From NCBI GenBank assembly GCA_964523615.1, contig CAZFZU010000001.1, positions 27,063 to 91,062 of the forward strand: a stretch of DNA of 64,000 nt, in the 5' to 3' direction. A program made the translations under genes and the position numbers. Source of the DNA: an uncultured Eubacteriales bacterium (GTDB lineage Bacteria; Acidobacteriota; Aminicenantia; Aminicenantales; Saccharicenantaceae). Shown piece after piece: positions 51,096 to 60,132 of this stretch. Position 1 is the stretch's first letter. Each line of letters opens with the position of its first letter. The notes beneath the pieces are model-generated. The model saw nothing but the letters and a program-made list of their open reading frames with translations, did not search any database and was not told where the DNA came from.

Positions 51096-52493
51096 TCAGC
51101 GGGTATCGTTCGCTTCGCGGTCGCCGCGGGCGAGCGAGGCGAAGACGCCGGCGACGCACAGGGCGGCGAAGAACAGGAACGCGAGCCGGGCGCTGCGCAG
51201 GAACTGCGGGTAGACGGACGGCGTGATGGGAACACGGCCCATGACCAGAGCGAAGATCATGAGGACCGCCCCGGCGCTCATCATCTGGCCCGTCAGGCGC
51301 ATGGTGCCCAGGGCCGCGGAAGCGACGCCGAGGTGCCGACGGCCGACCGAGCCCATCACGGCGTTGGTGTTCGGCGAGGAGAACAGCCCGAAGCCGAGGC
51401 CGAGGAGCGCCAAGCTGGCGGCGATGAAGCCGAAGCCCGTGTCCGGCCCGAGCAGGGAGAACAGGACCAGGCCCGCGGCCGACAGGGCCATGCCGGCCGA
51501 GGCCAGGACGCGCGGCTCGACGCGGTCCGAGAGCCTTCCGGCGAAGGGCGAGGCCACGGCCATGACGACGGGCTGGGCGATGAGGACCAAGCCGGCCTTG
51601 TGGGGCGGCAGCCCCTTGAGGTACTGCAGGTAGAGGCTCATGAGGAAGGCCACGGCCGAGGTCGCGCTGTAATTGAAGAACGCGGCCAGGTTGGAGAAGG
51701 CGAAGATGCGGTTGCGGCGGAACAGCCGCAGGTCGAGGAGCGGCGCCGCGCAGGCCAGCTCGTAGCGGACGAAGCCGGCCAGGGCGGCGGCGCCGCCGGC
51801 CGTGAGGACGAGCCCGAGCGCGGACGGCAAGCGCGAGAAGCCGTACATCAGCGCGACCAGGCCGGCGCCGAAGACGGCTGCGCCGGTCCGATCGAAGCGC
51901 TCGCCGCGGGCGTCGGCCCACTCACCGTCGAGCCGGGCCAGAGTCAAGGCCAGGGCGAAACCCGCGACCGGGGCCGTGGCCCAGAAGACGGCCCGCCAGC
52001 CCCAGGCGTGGACGAGAAAGCCGCCGGCGACGGGGCCGAGGGACAGGCCGGTGTAGACGGCGGCCGTGTTGAGGCCGAGGGCGTGGCCGCGCTGGCCGGG
52101 CGGATAGACGGAGGTCAGGATGGCCACGCCGGTGCCGAAGATCATGGCCCCGCCGACGCCTTGGACGCCGCGGCCGAGGATGAGCAGGGCGGCCGACGGG
52201 GCCAGGGCGCAGAGGAGGGTGCCGGCGATGTTGACGGCGATGCCGAGGGCGAAGATCCGCTTGCGCCCGACGAGGTCGGCCAGACGGCCGAAGGGGACGA
52301 GGAACATCGCGGCGGCCAGGGTGTAGGCCGTCAGGACCCAGCCCAGGGACACGGCGCTGAGGCCGAACTCGCGGCCGATGAGGGGCATGGCCACGTTGGT
52401 GCCCGAGGCCATGAACGGCGTCAGGAAGGACGAGACCATGGACACGGCCAGGGCCGTCCGCCGCAGGGAGAGGGCGTGATCGTCGCCGCGCAT
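51096..52493 (-). CDS. MFS transporter, DHA2 (EmrB/QacA-like, 14-TM) family
   Basis: 465 aa with GRLADLVGRKRIF. The hydrophobic pattern suggests 14 TM segments. Confidence 0.85.
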   Translation of the reverse strand: MRGDDHALSLRRTALAVSMVSSFLTPFMASGTNVAMPLIGREFGLSAVSLGWVLTAYTLAAAMFLVPFGRLADLVGRKRIFALGIAVNIAGTLLCALAPSAALLILGRGVQGVGGAMIFGTGVAILTSVYPPGQRGHALGLNTAAVYTGLSLGPVAGGFLVHAWGWRAVFWATAPVAGFALALTLARLDGEWADARGERFDRTGAAVFGAGLVALMYGFSRLPSALGLVLTAGGAAALAGFVRYELACAAPLLDLRLFRRNRIFAFSNLAAFFNYSATSAVAFLMSLYLQYLKGLPPHKAGLVLIAQPVVMAVASPFAGRLSDRVEPRVLASAGMALSAAGLVLFSLLGPDTGFGFIAASLALLGLGFGLFSSPNTNAVMGSVGRRHLGVASAALGTMRLTGQMMSAGAVLMIFALVMGRVPITPSVYPQFLRSARLAFLFFAALCVAGVFASLARGDREANDTR

Positions 52494-52586
52494 TTCGCGC
52501 GCTATTATACCCTAAGACGGTCCCTGGTCTTTACAAACGCCCGCCCTCCCCCGGAGACGTCAAGACCTGGCACCGTCGGGCCCGAC

Positions 52587-53360
52587 TCAGGCCGGGACGT
52601 CCCGGGCGGCGACGAGGGCGGCGCCGACGGCCGTGACGATCTGCGGGTCATCCGGGATGACGACAGCCCGCCCGAGCTTGTCCGCGAGCGCCGCGGCGAA
52701 GGCCGGGTTGAGGGCGACGCCGCCGGCCAGCACGAACTCCCCGCCCGTAGCGAAGCGGGCCGCGAGCGGATAGATGCGGTCGGCGATCGACCGCAACAGG
52801 GCTCGGGCGATCGACCGCCGGTCGCGCCCGGCGGCCAGCAGCGAGACGACCTCGGACTCGGCGAAGACCGTGCACATGCTGCTGAGGGCGAGGGGCCCGC
52901 CGTCGTCGGGGCCGGCCTCTCGGCCGAACTCGCCCAGGGGCAGGCCGAGACGGGCGGCCATGACCTCGAGGAAGCGGCCCGTGCCCGCCGCGCAGCGGTC
53001 GTTCATCTCGAAGTCGGCGAAGGGCCCCGGCCCGCCGCCGAGGAGGATGACCTTGGAATCCTGGCCGCCGACGTCGATGACCAGGCCGGCCGCGGGGCGG
53101 AGGAAGCGCGCGCCCAGGGCGCAGGCCGTGATCTCGGTCACGACGCGGCAGTCGAGGTGGGCGGTCACGAGGAAGCGGCCGTAGCCGGTCGCCGCGGCCC
53201 GGACATAGCCGCGCGCGGCGAGCCGGGCCCGCACCCGGTCGAGCGCATCGGGGCCGGTGTCAAAGATCTCGGAACGGCGGACCGCGCCGCCGGCCATCTC
53301 CACGAGCTTGGTCGTGCGCGACCCGAGGTCGAGGCCCAGGAAAACGCCCGCTTCGGCCAC
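52587..53360 (-). CDS. BadF/BadG/BcrA/BcrD-type ATPase; 2-hydroxyacyl-CoA dehydratase activase (HgdC-like)
   Basis: LGLDLGSRTTK, DVGGQDSK, the cluster-bridging-Cys block NDRCAAGTGRF, and AGGVALN are present. Confidence 0.85.
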   Translation of the reverse strand: MAEAGVFLGLDLGSRTTKLVEMAGGAVRRSEIFDTGPDALDRVRARLAARGYVRAAATGYGRFLVTAHLDCRVVTEITACALGARFLRPAAGLVIDVGGQDSKVILLGGGPGPFADFEMNDRCAAGTGRFLEVMAARLGLPLGEFGREAGPDDGGPLALSSMCTVFAESEVVSLLAAGRDRRSIARALLRSIADRIYPLAARFATGGEFVLAGGVALNPAFAAALADKLGRAVVIPDDPQIVTAVGAALVAARDVPA

Positions 53361-53369
53361 GGCTGTCCC

Positions 53370-54695
53370 CTACCGCCCCAGGCCCTCGAGGAAAGCATCG
53401 ATGCGCAGGCGCAGCGGGCCGGTATCCTCCTCGGCATAATCGGTGACGATCTTGAGGCTGGGGACGCCGGCCTCTTTGAGGATATCGGCCACGGCCGCGG
53501 CCTCGATGTCGTACGTGTGGCAGTACTGGAGGACGTATTGGAGGACGCCGTTCACCCGGAAATCGCGGGCCAGCCGGACGACGGACTCCAGACGCTCCGC
53601 GTTCGGCGAGAAGCATGAGCATTCGATGGCCATGTAGCGGTCGGCGACCGCGTCCAACTGGGCGTCGAGGCCGGCGTCGACTTCCGTCACGAGGTTCTCG
53701 TAATAGCGCGAACCGGTGCAGGTCTCGTCGCAGACGACGATCGCCCCCGCCGATTCGACCAGGGCGTGGACCTTCCAGTTGCCCATGACCGACGGGCAGC
53801 CGGAGACCATGATCCGCCGGGCCCCGGGCGGCGCGACGCCGGCGCCGTGACGGACGCGCCCGGCGAGCTCGTCGTTGAGCTCCTCGAGACGCTCCGTGAA
53901 GCGGAGCGTGTCGTCGACGAGGGCCCCCTGCATGACGACGAGGGCGTCGAGGCCGCTGATCGGGGGCGCGGCCTCCTTGCGGAACTCGTTGAGCCGGGCC
54001 AGGGCCCGCCGCTTGCGGTTCATGAGGCGCACGGCCGCGGCCAGCGCGCCGGGCTCGAGCGTCCTGCCCGTCAGCTCCTCGAGCCGGGCCCGGAACTCGC
54101 GGACCTCCTCGCGCCAGAGGTCGCGGTCGCGGGGGCCCTTCTTCTGAGGCACCTCGAGGACGTGGAAGCCGCCGTCGCGGGCCAGCAGGTCCCAGGTCTT
54201 CTTCTTGGCGTCGCAGGTCGTCTCGCCGACGGCCAGGTCCTCGAGCGGCCCGTACGGGCAGGTGTTCGACAGGGCCAGGCCGAGCGTGGACTTGACCAGC
54301 GGGCAGATGTCCCGGGGCAGCATCGTCTCGGCGTAGGGGATGGAGGCCGCCGTCCCGCCGCAAAGGGCGACCGGGACCGCGCCGAGGGCCAGGACGATCT
54401 CCTCGGGGACGTAGATGCAGAAGGTGCCGATGAACTTGTCGCCCGCATCGCGCCGGGCGGCGATCTCGCGGACGCGTTCGCCGTGCGCTCCGCGGACGAC
54501 GCCGTCGAAGTAGGCCATCCGGGCGGGCCGGTCCCGCCGCGACAGGACCGTGCGCTCGAAGCTTCGGTCGATGGCGTCGAAGACCTTGCGGTGGAGCGGG
54601 ACGTTCAGGCCCAGCTCCGTCAGGAAGTCGTCGTCGCTCATCGGTCGGCTGCCTTTCCGCGCGCGGGCGCCGGTCATGTCGTCGAAGGGGATCAC
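53370..54695 (-). CDS. 2-hydroxyacyl-CoA dehydratase family protein, single-subunit type (double-cubane-cluster-protein-like)
   Basis: 441 aa. Conserved Cys positions lie in ICPLVKS, TTCDAKKK, CDETCTGSRY and YCHTYDIE. A cognate activase gene lies immediately downstream. An alternative start is at 54641. Confidence 0.75.
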   Translation of the reverse strand: MIPFDDMTGARARKGSRPMSDDDFLTELGLNVPLHRKVFDAIDRSFERTVLSRRDRPARMAYFDGVVRGAHGERVREIAARRDAGDKFIGTFCIYVPEEIVLALGAVPVALCGGTAASIPYAETMLPRDICPLVKSTLGLALSNTCPYGPLEDLAVGETTCDAKKKTWDLLARDGGFHVLEVPQKKGPRDRDLWREEVREFRARLEELTGRTLEPGALAAAVRLMNRKRRALARLNEFRKEAAPPISGLDALVVMQGALVDDTLRFTERLEELNDELAGRVRHGAGVAPPGARRIMVSGCPSVMGNWKVHALVESAGAIVVCDETCTGSRYYENLVTEVDAGLDAQLDAVADRYMAIECSCFSPNAERLESVVRLARDFRVNGVLQYVLQYCHTYDIEAAAVADILKEAGVPSLKIVTDYAEEDTGPLRLRIDAFLEGLGR

Positions 54696-55094
54696 GCGCC
54701 TGCGGCCGACCGGCCGGGAGGGGAGGTCATTATAGGCCGCGCCTCGGAACGGGTCAACCAGCTCAGACGGGGATCCTCTCTCTCAGGCTTTAGCTCGGGG
54801 ATGTCCTCTGGCTCCCCGGCCCCCCGGGGAACGGGGAGCGAAGCCCTGTGAGCGGACCAGGCAGGGTCGGGACGGAGCACCCGGAGTCCCGATCCTGCGA
54901 AATATCGGGAGTTAGAACTTTCTTACGATATCTCCCAGCGCCGCTCCTCCGAGCGACTCCGGAGCGGCGCTGATGGTCGCTTCGGGGACTCCGCTCCCTG
55001 CCGGCCCTCCTCCAGCAACGGGGATCTGCGAGGACAATCCCCTCGCCGCTTCGAGAGGGAATCCAGGAATGCGGAGAAGGATCTGCTTTGCTTT

Positions 55095-56651
55095 TTATCG
55101 GCGCAGGAAGCGGCGGACGAAGTCGCGGGTCTCGCGGAGACCCAGGACGCGGGCCACCGCGAAGAAGACGCCCAGGCCGGCCAGGCCGCAGACGGCCACG
55201 ATCGCCGCCGTCGCCGGGAACGAGGTCCCGAAGCGGGCGGACAGGAACAGGCTCCCCAGCCAGGCCGCTCCCCCGCCGGCCGCGGACGCGGCGGCCAGCT
55301 TTCCGGCGTAGGCCGCCAGCGGGCCGAGGGGCATGGCCCCGATCTTGCGCGGCAGCAGGGCGTAGAGGATGCCGACGTTGAGGATGGCGGCCAGCGTCGT
55401 CGACAGCGGGAAGGCCAGGAATCCCAGGACCCACATGAGCGTCGCGTTGAGGACCAGGTTGAGGCCGATCGAGGCGAAGCTGGCCATCATCGGCGTCCGC
55501 GAGTCCTTGTGGGCGTAGAACACGGCGGCGACGTTGCGCAGGGCCGACATGAACGGGATGCCCAGCGTGTAGAGGACGAGGGCCCCGGCCGTGGCCACGG
55601 TGTCGGCGGCCGTGAAGCGGCCGCGCTCGTAGATGGCCCGCGTCACGGGCACGGCCAGTCCCACGATGAGGGCCGAGGTCGGCACGGTCAGGAACAGGAC
55701 CATCTTCAGCGAGTCGGCCAGCGTGGCCCGTACCGACGCGACGTCGTTCTCCAGGACCATCTTCGAAAGCGACGGCAGGGCGACCGTCCCGACGGCGATG
55801 CCGAACAGCCCCAGCGGCAGGTGCATGACGCGGAAGGCGTAATTGAGCCAGCTGACGCTGCCCTGGGCCAGCGGCGTGACCAGGATCGTGTTGACGAGGA
55901 CGTTGATGCGCGTCCCGGCCAGGCCGATGGCCACCGGTACGAACAGGGCCATGACCCGCCGGAACTCGGGATCGCGGAAGCTCAGGACCGGGCTCCAACG
56001 GAAACCGTTGCGCCGCAAGGACGGCACCTGGACGAGGAACTGCATCAGCCCGCCGACGAGGACGCCGACGGCCATGCCGAAGATGGGCTCCCGGCCGCGC
56101 GCCGTGTACCAGCCGAAGGCGGCGACGGGCACGAGGATCGAGAACAGGTTGAAGGCGGCCGGAGCGACCGAGGGCACGAAGAACGAGCGCTCCGTGTTGA
56201 GGTAGCTCATGGCCCAGGCGGCCAGGCTGACGAAGACGAGGAAGGGGAAGAGCGCGGCGGTCAGCTGGGCCGTCAGGTCGATCTTGCCGGGCACGCGGCC
56301 GAAGCCGAAGGCGATGGCCTTGGCGAGGTAGGGCGCCGCGACGAACCCGGCCAGCGAGACCGCGCCCGTGACGACGAGGAGGACGTTGAAGATGTTGGAG
56401 GCCAGGCGGTTCTGAGCCGCTTTGCCCTTGGCCTTCTCGGCCGTCAGGACCGGCACGAAGGCGGCCGACAGGGACGTCTCGGCGAACAGGTCGCGCAGGA
56501 GGTTGGGGATGCGGAAAGCGACGTTGAAGGCGTCGGTCGCCGCCCCGACGCCGAAGAGAAGGGCGAAGACGGACTCGCGGACGAGGCCCATGACCCGGCT
56601 GACGGCCGTGCCGACGGTGAAGGACCGGACGCCCCGCGAGATGTCTTCCAT
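55095..56651 (-). CDS. murJ: Lipid II flippase MurJ (MviN)
   Basis: 518 aa from ATG 56651. GLVRESVFALLFGVGAATDAFNVAFRIPNLLRDLFAE is the canonical MurJ N-terminus. Confidence 0.9.
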   Translation of the reverse strand: MEDISRGVRSFTVGTAVSRVMGLVRESVFALLFGVGAATDAFNVAFRIPNLLRDLFAETSLSAAFVPVLTAEKAKGKAAQNRLASNIFNVLLVVTGAVSLAGFVAAPYLAKAIAFGFGRVPGKIDLTAQLTAALFPFLVFVSLAAWAMSYLNTERSFFVPSVAPAAFNLFSILVPVAAFGWYTARGREPIFGMAVGVLVGGLMQFLVQVPSLRRNGFRWSPVLSFRDPEFRRVMALFVPVAIGLAGTRINVLVNTILVTPLAQGSVSWLNYAFRVMHLPLGLFGIAVGTVALPSLSKMVLENDVASVRATLADSLKMVLFLTVPTSALIVGLAVPVTRAIYERGRFTAADTVATAGALVLYTLGIPFMSALRNVAAVFYAHKDSRTPMMASFASIGLNLVLNATLMWVLGFLAFPLSTTLAAILNVGILYALLPRKIGAMPLGPLAAYAGKLAAASAAGGGAAWLGSLFLSARFGTSFPATAAIVAVCGLAGLGVFFAVARVLGLRETRDFVRRFLRR

Positions 56652-56738
56652 GCTCAGGCCATTATTGGCCAAGCCGGGCCCTGATGGCAAGGGAGACGCC
56701 GGGCTTGCGTCGCGCGGGCAACGGCCTATAATTAGCCC

Positions 56739-57140
56739 ATGGCCTTCGACGACAAAGCGAAAGCCCCCGACGACGAGGCCCTCGCGAGGGGACTGGGAAA
56801 AGCCAAAGCCCTCTGGGACGAGATCGTCACCCATATCTCCGGTGAATTCGCCCCGGTCACCGAAGCCTGGGGGTTCTACAAGTCCTGGTCGCTCCGGCTC
56901 AAGCGCAAGGACCGGACCGTCCTCTATCTTCTGCCCGGCGACGGCGGGTTCCGCTGCGCCTTCGTCCTCGGCGCCAGAGCGACCGAGGCCGCCCGCAAGG
57001 CGAAACTCCCCAAGGCCGTCCTGAAGGCCATCGACGAGGCGCCCGTCTACGTCGAAGGCCGCGGCTTCCGGTTCGAGGTCCGGTCGGCCAAGGACGTCGC
57101 GACGGTCAAGACCCTGGCGGCCGTCAAGATGGCCCGCTGA
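56739..57140 (+). CDS. Hypothetical protein (possibly DUF3788-like)
   Basis: 133 aa with native codon bias. It is transcribed divergently from murJ. The family call is a weak recollection only. Confidence 0.5.
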   Translation: MAFDDKAKAPDDEALARGLGKAKALWDEIVTHISGEFAPVTEAWGFYKSWSLRLKRKDRTVLYLLPGDGGFRCAFVLGARATEAARKAKLPKAVLKAIDEAPVYVEGRGFRFEVRSAKDVATVKTLAAVKMAR

Positions 57141-57191
57141 TCCCGGCCCCCGCGAGAGGGACTCCCGGCACCCCCCGGACCTCGGCGAGAC

Positions 57192-57220
57192 TTGACAAAT
57201 ATTCTGATTTATCAGATAAT
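57192..57220 (+). promoter_or_regulatory. Sigma-70 promoter (TTGACA-17 nt-GATAAT) with embedded palindromic operator TCTGATTTATCAGA
   Basis: TTGACA lies at 57192-57197 and GATAAT at 57215-57220, a 17-nt spacer. The perfect 6+2+6 palindrome at 57203-57216 spans the spacer and the -10 element. GGAGG lies at 57251-57255 and the ATG at 57263. Confidence 0.7.
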
Positions 57221-57262
57221 TCTTATTGTTATGATTTTGCGATCACTGTAGGAGGTTCTCCC

Positions 57263-57517
57263 ATGGCCGGACGGACGAAACCCGACGACAGCTGCTGCGC
57301 GGTCGAGGCCCTGATCAGCGTCGACGAGCGCGGCCAGATGGTCCTCCCCAAGGACGTCCGGGAGGCCGCGGGCATCCGCCCCGGCGACAAGCTGGCCCTC
57401 ATCGCCTGGAAGAAGGACGGGGCCGTCTGCTGCATGTCCCTCATCAAGGCCGACGAGCTGAAGGGCATGGTCCGGGGCAAGCTCGGCCCCCTCATGAAAG
57501 ACATCATCAAATCATAA
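57263..57517 (+). CDS. AbrB/SpoVT-fold DNA-binding protein with two vicinal cysteine pairs
   Basis: 84 aa. VDERGQMVLPKDVREAAGIRPGDKLALI is a SpoVT-AbrB looped-hinge domain. Vicinal pairs are CC at residues 11-12 and 56-57. The gene lies 10 nt upstream of arsM. Confidence 0.75.
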   Translation: MAGRTKPDDSCCAVEALISVDERGQMVLPKDVREAAGIRPGDKLALIAWKKDGAVCCMSLIKADELKGMVRGKLGPLMKDIIKS

Positions 57518-57527
57518 AGGAGCGCTC

Positions 57528-58379
57528 ATGAACGACAAGGACACCCAGATCAAAAAACACGTCCGCGACCGGTACGCCCGGGCGGCCACGACCGGCTCCT
57601 CCTGCTGCGGACCGGCCGCGAGCCCCTGTTGCTGCGGTGGAACGCCGACGCCGGAGGGGACCGAGGCCAGCCGCCTGGTGGGCTATTCGACCGAGGAACT
57701 GGCGGCCATACCGGCCGACGCCGACCTCGGCCTCGGCTGCGGCAACCCGACCGCCCTGGCCGCCCTCAAATCCGGCGAGACGGTCCTCGACCTCGGCTCG
57801 GGCGGCGGCATCGACTGCTTCCTGGCGGCCCGCCGGGTCGGCCCGTCCGGCCGGGTCATCGGCGTCGATATGACGCCCGAGATGATCGACCGGGCCCGGG
57901 CCAACGCCCGCGAGACCGGCGCCGCCAACGTCGAGTTCCGGCTGGGCGAGATCGAGAACCTGCCCGTCGCCGACGCCAGCGTCGACGTGGTCATCTCCAA
58001 CTGCGTCATCAATCTCTCGACCGACAAGCCGCGCGTCTTCCGCGAGGCCTTCCGCGTCCTCCGGCCGGGCGGCCGGCTGATGGTCTCGGACCTCGCGCTC
58101 ACGAGACCGCTGCCCGAGGCGATCCGGACTTCGGTCGAGGCCTACGTCGCCTGCATCGCCGGCGCGCTCGTCAAGGACGAGTACCTCGGCGCCATCCGCG
58201 GGGCCGGGTTCCGCGACGTCCGGATCGCCGGCGAGAAGGCCTTCCCGGCCGAGCTCGTCCTCGAGGACTCCCTCGCGCCCCAAGTCGCCAAGACGCTGAA
58301 GCTGTCCCGGGAGGCGCTCGCGGAGCACGTCGCGTCGGTCGTCAGCCTGAACGTCGCGGCGACCAAACCGGCGGCCTAG
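57528..58379 (+). CDS. arsM: Arsenite S-adenosylmethionine methyltransferase
   Basis: 283 aa with a Cys-rich N-terminus (SSCCGPAASPCCCGG). LGLGCGNP, the SAM motif VLDLGSGGGID, VVISNCVINL and VACIAGA are present. Confidence 0.85.
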   Translation: MNDKDTQIKKHVRDRYARAATTGSSCCGPAASPCCCGGTPTPEGTEASRLVGYSTEELAAIPADADLGLGCGNPTALAALKSGETVLDLGSGGGIDCFLAARRVGPSGRVIGVDMTPEMIDRARANARETGAANVEFRLGEIENLPVADASVDVVISNCVINLSTDKPRVFREAFRVLRPGGRLMVSDLALTRPLPEAIRTSVEAYVACIAGALVKDEYLGAIRGAGFRDVRIAGEKAFPAELVLEDSLAPQVAKTLKLSREALAEHVASVVSLNVAATKPAA

Positions 58380-58510
58380 CGCCGGATCGCGTCCGCTCTT
58401 CTGACACGCGGCGGCGGACGTCGCCCGGGACATTCGATGGCCTTTGACACCCGGGCCGCGAGAGGATTATGCTGAGGGGAAGAATCCCAGGGGCAGGAGG
58501 ATCCCCCTCT

Positions 58511-59875
58511 ATGACAGCGGATCCATCGTCCTTCCGCGGCGAGGCCCTCTTCGAGGCCGTGCTGAACACCGTCAGCGACGCCATCACGGTCATCGACAAA
58601 GGCCTGACCGTCGTCTTCCAGAACGAGCCCGTCCGGAGGCTCTATGGGGACAAGGTCGGCGAGACCTGCTACGAGGCCTATCGCGGGCGTCAAGAGCCTT
58701 GCGAGGATTGCATGGTCTTGGATGTCATCAAGGACGGGAACCCCAGGAAGGCGCTCCGGGACATCCGCTTGCCGAACGGGAACGTCCTGTGGATGGAGGT
58801 CTTCGCGGGGCCTTATCGGGACGGGGAAGGCCGGCTCGTCGGGGCCGTGGAGGTCCATCGCAACGTGACCGAGCAGATGAGGCTCTCGGAGACCTGCGCG
58901 ACGCTGCGCCGGGAGATCGAGCGCCAGGCCCAGTTCCACAACATCGTCACCCAGTCCAAGAGGATGAAGGCCGTCTTCCGCCTCGTCGAGCGGGTGGCCG
59001 CCACGACGAGCTCGGTCCTGATCACCGGGGAATCCGGGACGGGCAAGGAGCTCATCGCCCGGGCCATCGTCTTCAACTCGGACCGGAAGGACAAGCCCTA
59101 CGTCACCGTCAATTGCGGGGCGATCCCGGAGAACCTCATCGAGTCGGAGCTGTTCGGCCATGTCCGGGGGGCCTTCACGGGGGCCGTGAGGGACCATCCG
59201 GGCGTCCTCGAAGCGGCCGACGGCGGGACGGCCTTCCTGGACGAGGTCGGCGAGCTTCCGGCCGCGGCGCAGGTCAAGCTGCTCCGCTTCCTCCAGGAAG
59301 GGGAAAGCCGCCGGGTCGGCGACACGAAGGTCCGCAAGCTCGATGTCCGGATCATCGCCGCCACGAACCGGGACCTCGAAGGGGCCGTTCGGGACGGGAC
59401 GTTCCGGGAAGACCTGTTCTTCCGCTTGAACGTCATTCCCATCGCGCTGCCGCCGCTCAGGGACAGGAAAGAGGACATCCCTCCCCTGGCCGCCCATCTC
59501 CTCCAGCGCCTCTGCGACGCGCACTCCCGGAACGTCACAGGGCTCTCGCCGGACGCCCTCAAGGCTTTCATGAATTACGACTGGCCGGGGAACGTCCGAG
59601 AGATGGAGAACGCCATCGAATATGCCCTGCACCTGACCGACGAGGGGTCGCCCATCCGCCCCGGACAGCTCCCCCCCAAGCTGCTCGCGGAGACGGAGCC
59701 CTCGGGAAATCCGGGTCCCTGCGTCTCGATCGAGGAATACGCGAAGCGGGCCATCCTCGCGCTCCAGGCGGATCATTCCGAAGAGCGGATCGCCGAGGTC
59801 CTCGGGATCAGCCGGAAGAACCTGTGGGAGAAGCGGAAGCGCTGGAACATCCCGAGATCAGGTAAGCACCCGTGA
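58511..59875 (+). CDS. Sigma-54-dependent transcriptional activator (PAS - AAA+ - HTH)
   Basis: The PAS region carries the Cys motif CYEAYRGRQEPCEDC. The AAA+ domain has GESGTGKE and the GAFTGA loop (RGAFTGA). ESELFGH is present, and the C-terminal Fis-type HTH is RIAEVLGISRKNLWEKRKRW. Confidence 0.9.
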   Translation: MTADPSSFRGEALFEAVLNTVSDAITVIDKGLTVVFQNEPVRRLYGDKVGETCYEAYRGRQEPCEDCMVLDVIKDGNPRKALRDIRLPNGNVLWMEVFAGPYRDGEGRLVGAVEVHRNVTEQMRLSETCATLRREIERQAQFHNIVTQSKRMKAVFRLVERVAATTSSVLITGESGTGKELIARAIVFNSDRKDKPYVTVNCGAIPENLIESELFGHVRGAFTGAVRDHPGVLEAADGGTAFLDEVGELPAAAQVKLLRFLQEGESRRVGDTKVRKLDVRIIAATNRDLEGAVRDGTFREDLFFRLNVIPIALPPLRDRKEDIPPLAAHLLQRLCDAHSRNVTGLSPDALKAFMNYDWPGNVREMENAIEYALHLTDEGSPIRPGQLPPKLLAETEPSGNPGPCVSIEEYAKRAILALQADHSEERIAEVLGISRKNLWEKRKRWNIPRSGKHP

Positions 59876-60074
59876 CGCCCCAAACCCTCCGGCCTTCCGT
59901 GCTCGGTTCGGACGAGCGCCGGGGATCTTGTTACCTCCCGTAATTAACGGCCACTTCAGCCGCTACTTTCGGTAACGCCGCCGCCCGCATCAGCCCGCCA
60001 CGCACACGGGACCAATATCTTTATGTGATTTTTAATCATTATTTTACCAGGGACGATGAGTCGCCTCACGGCCT

Positions 60075-60090
60075 TGGCACACTTTCCGCA
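60075..60090 (+). promoter_or_regulatory. Sigma-54 (-24/-12) promoter
   Basis: In TGGCACactttccGCA the GG and GC elements have the exact consensus spacing (TGGCAC-N5-TTGCA). The site is 43 nt upstream of the ORF at 60133 and just downstream of the sigma-54 activator gene. Confidence 0.6.
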
Positions 60091-60132
60091 AGATACGGAG
60101 GCGATCGTCGGGAAAGATAATAAGGTCCGAAG

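Noticed and set aside
54845-54890. Possible SRP (4.5S) RNA domain IV: CCAGGCAGGGUCGGGACGGAGCACC superficially resembles CCAGGUCAGGUCCGGAAGGAAGCAGCC.
   Set aside because: When laid out against the E. coli helix 8, the bases flanking the putative GGGA tetraloop (GUC / CGG) cannot pair. No extended helix 5 partner is evident on either strand. I therefore do not call an SRP RNA.
57263-57517. A MazE/AbrB-type antitoxin of a toxin-antitoxin pair.
   Set aside because: The downstream gene is a full-length SAM-dependent arsenite methyltransferase, not a MazF/PIN/other toxin. The gene sits behind an operator-bearing promoter in an arsenic island, so a regulator role is more plausible.
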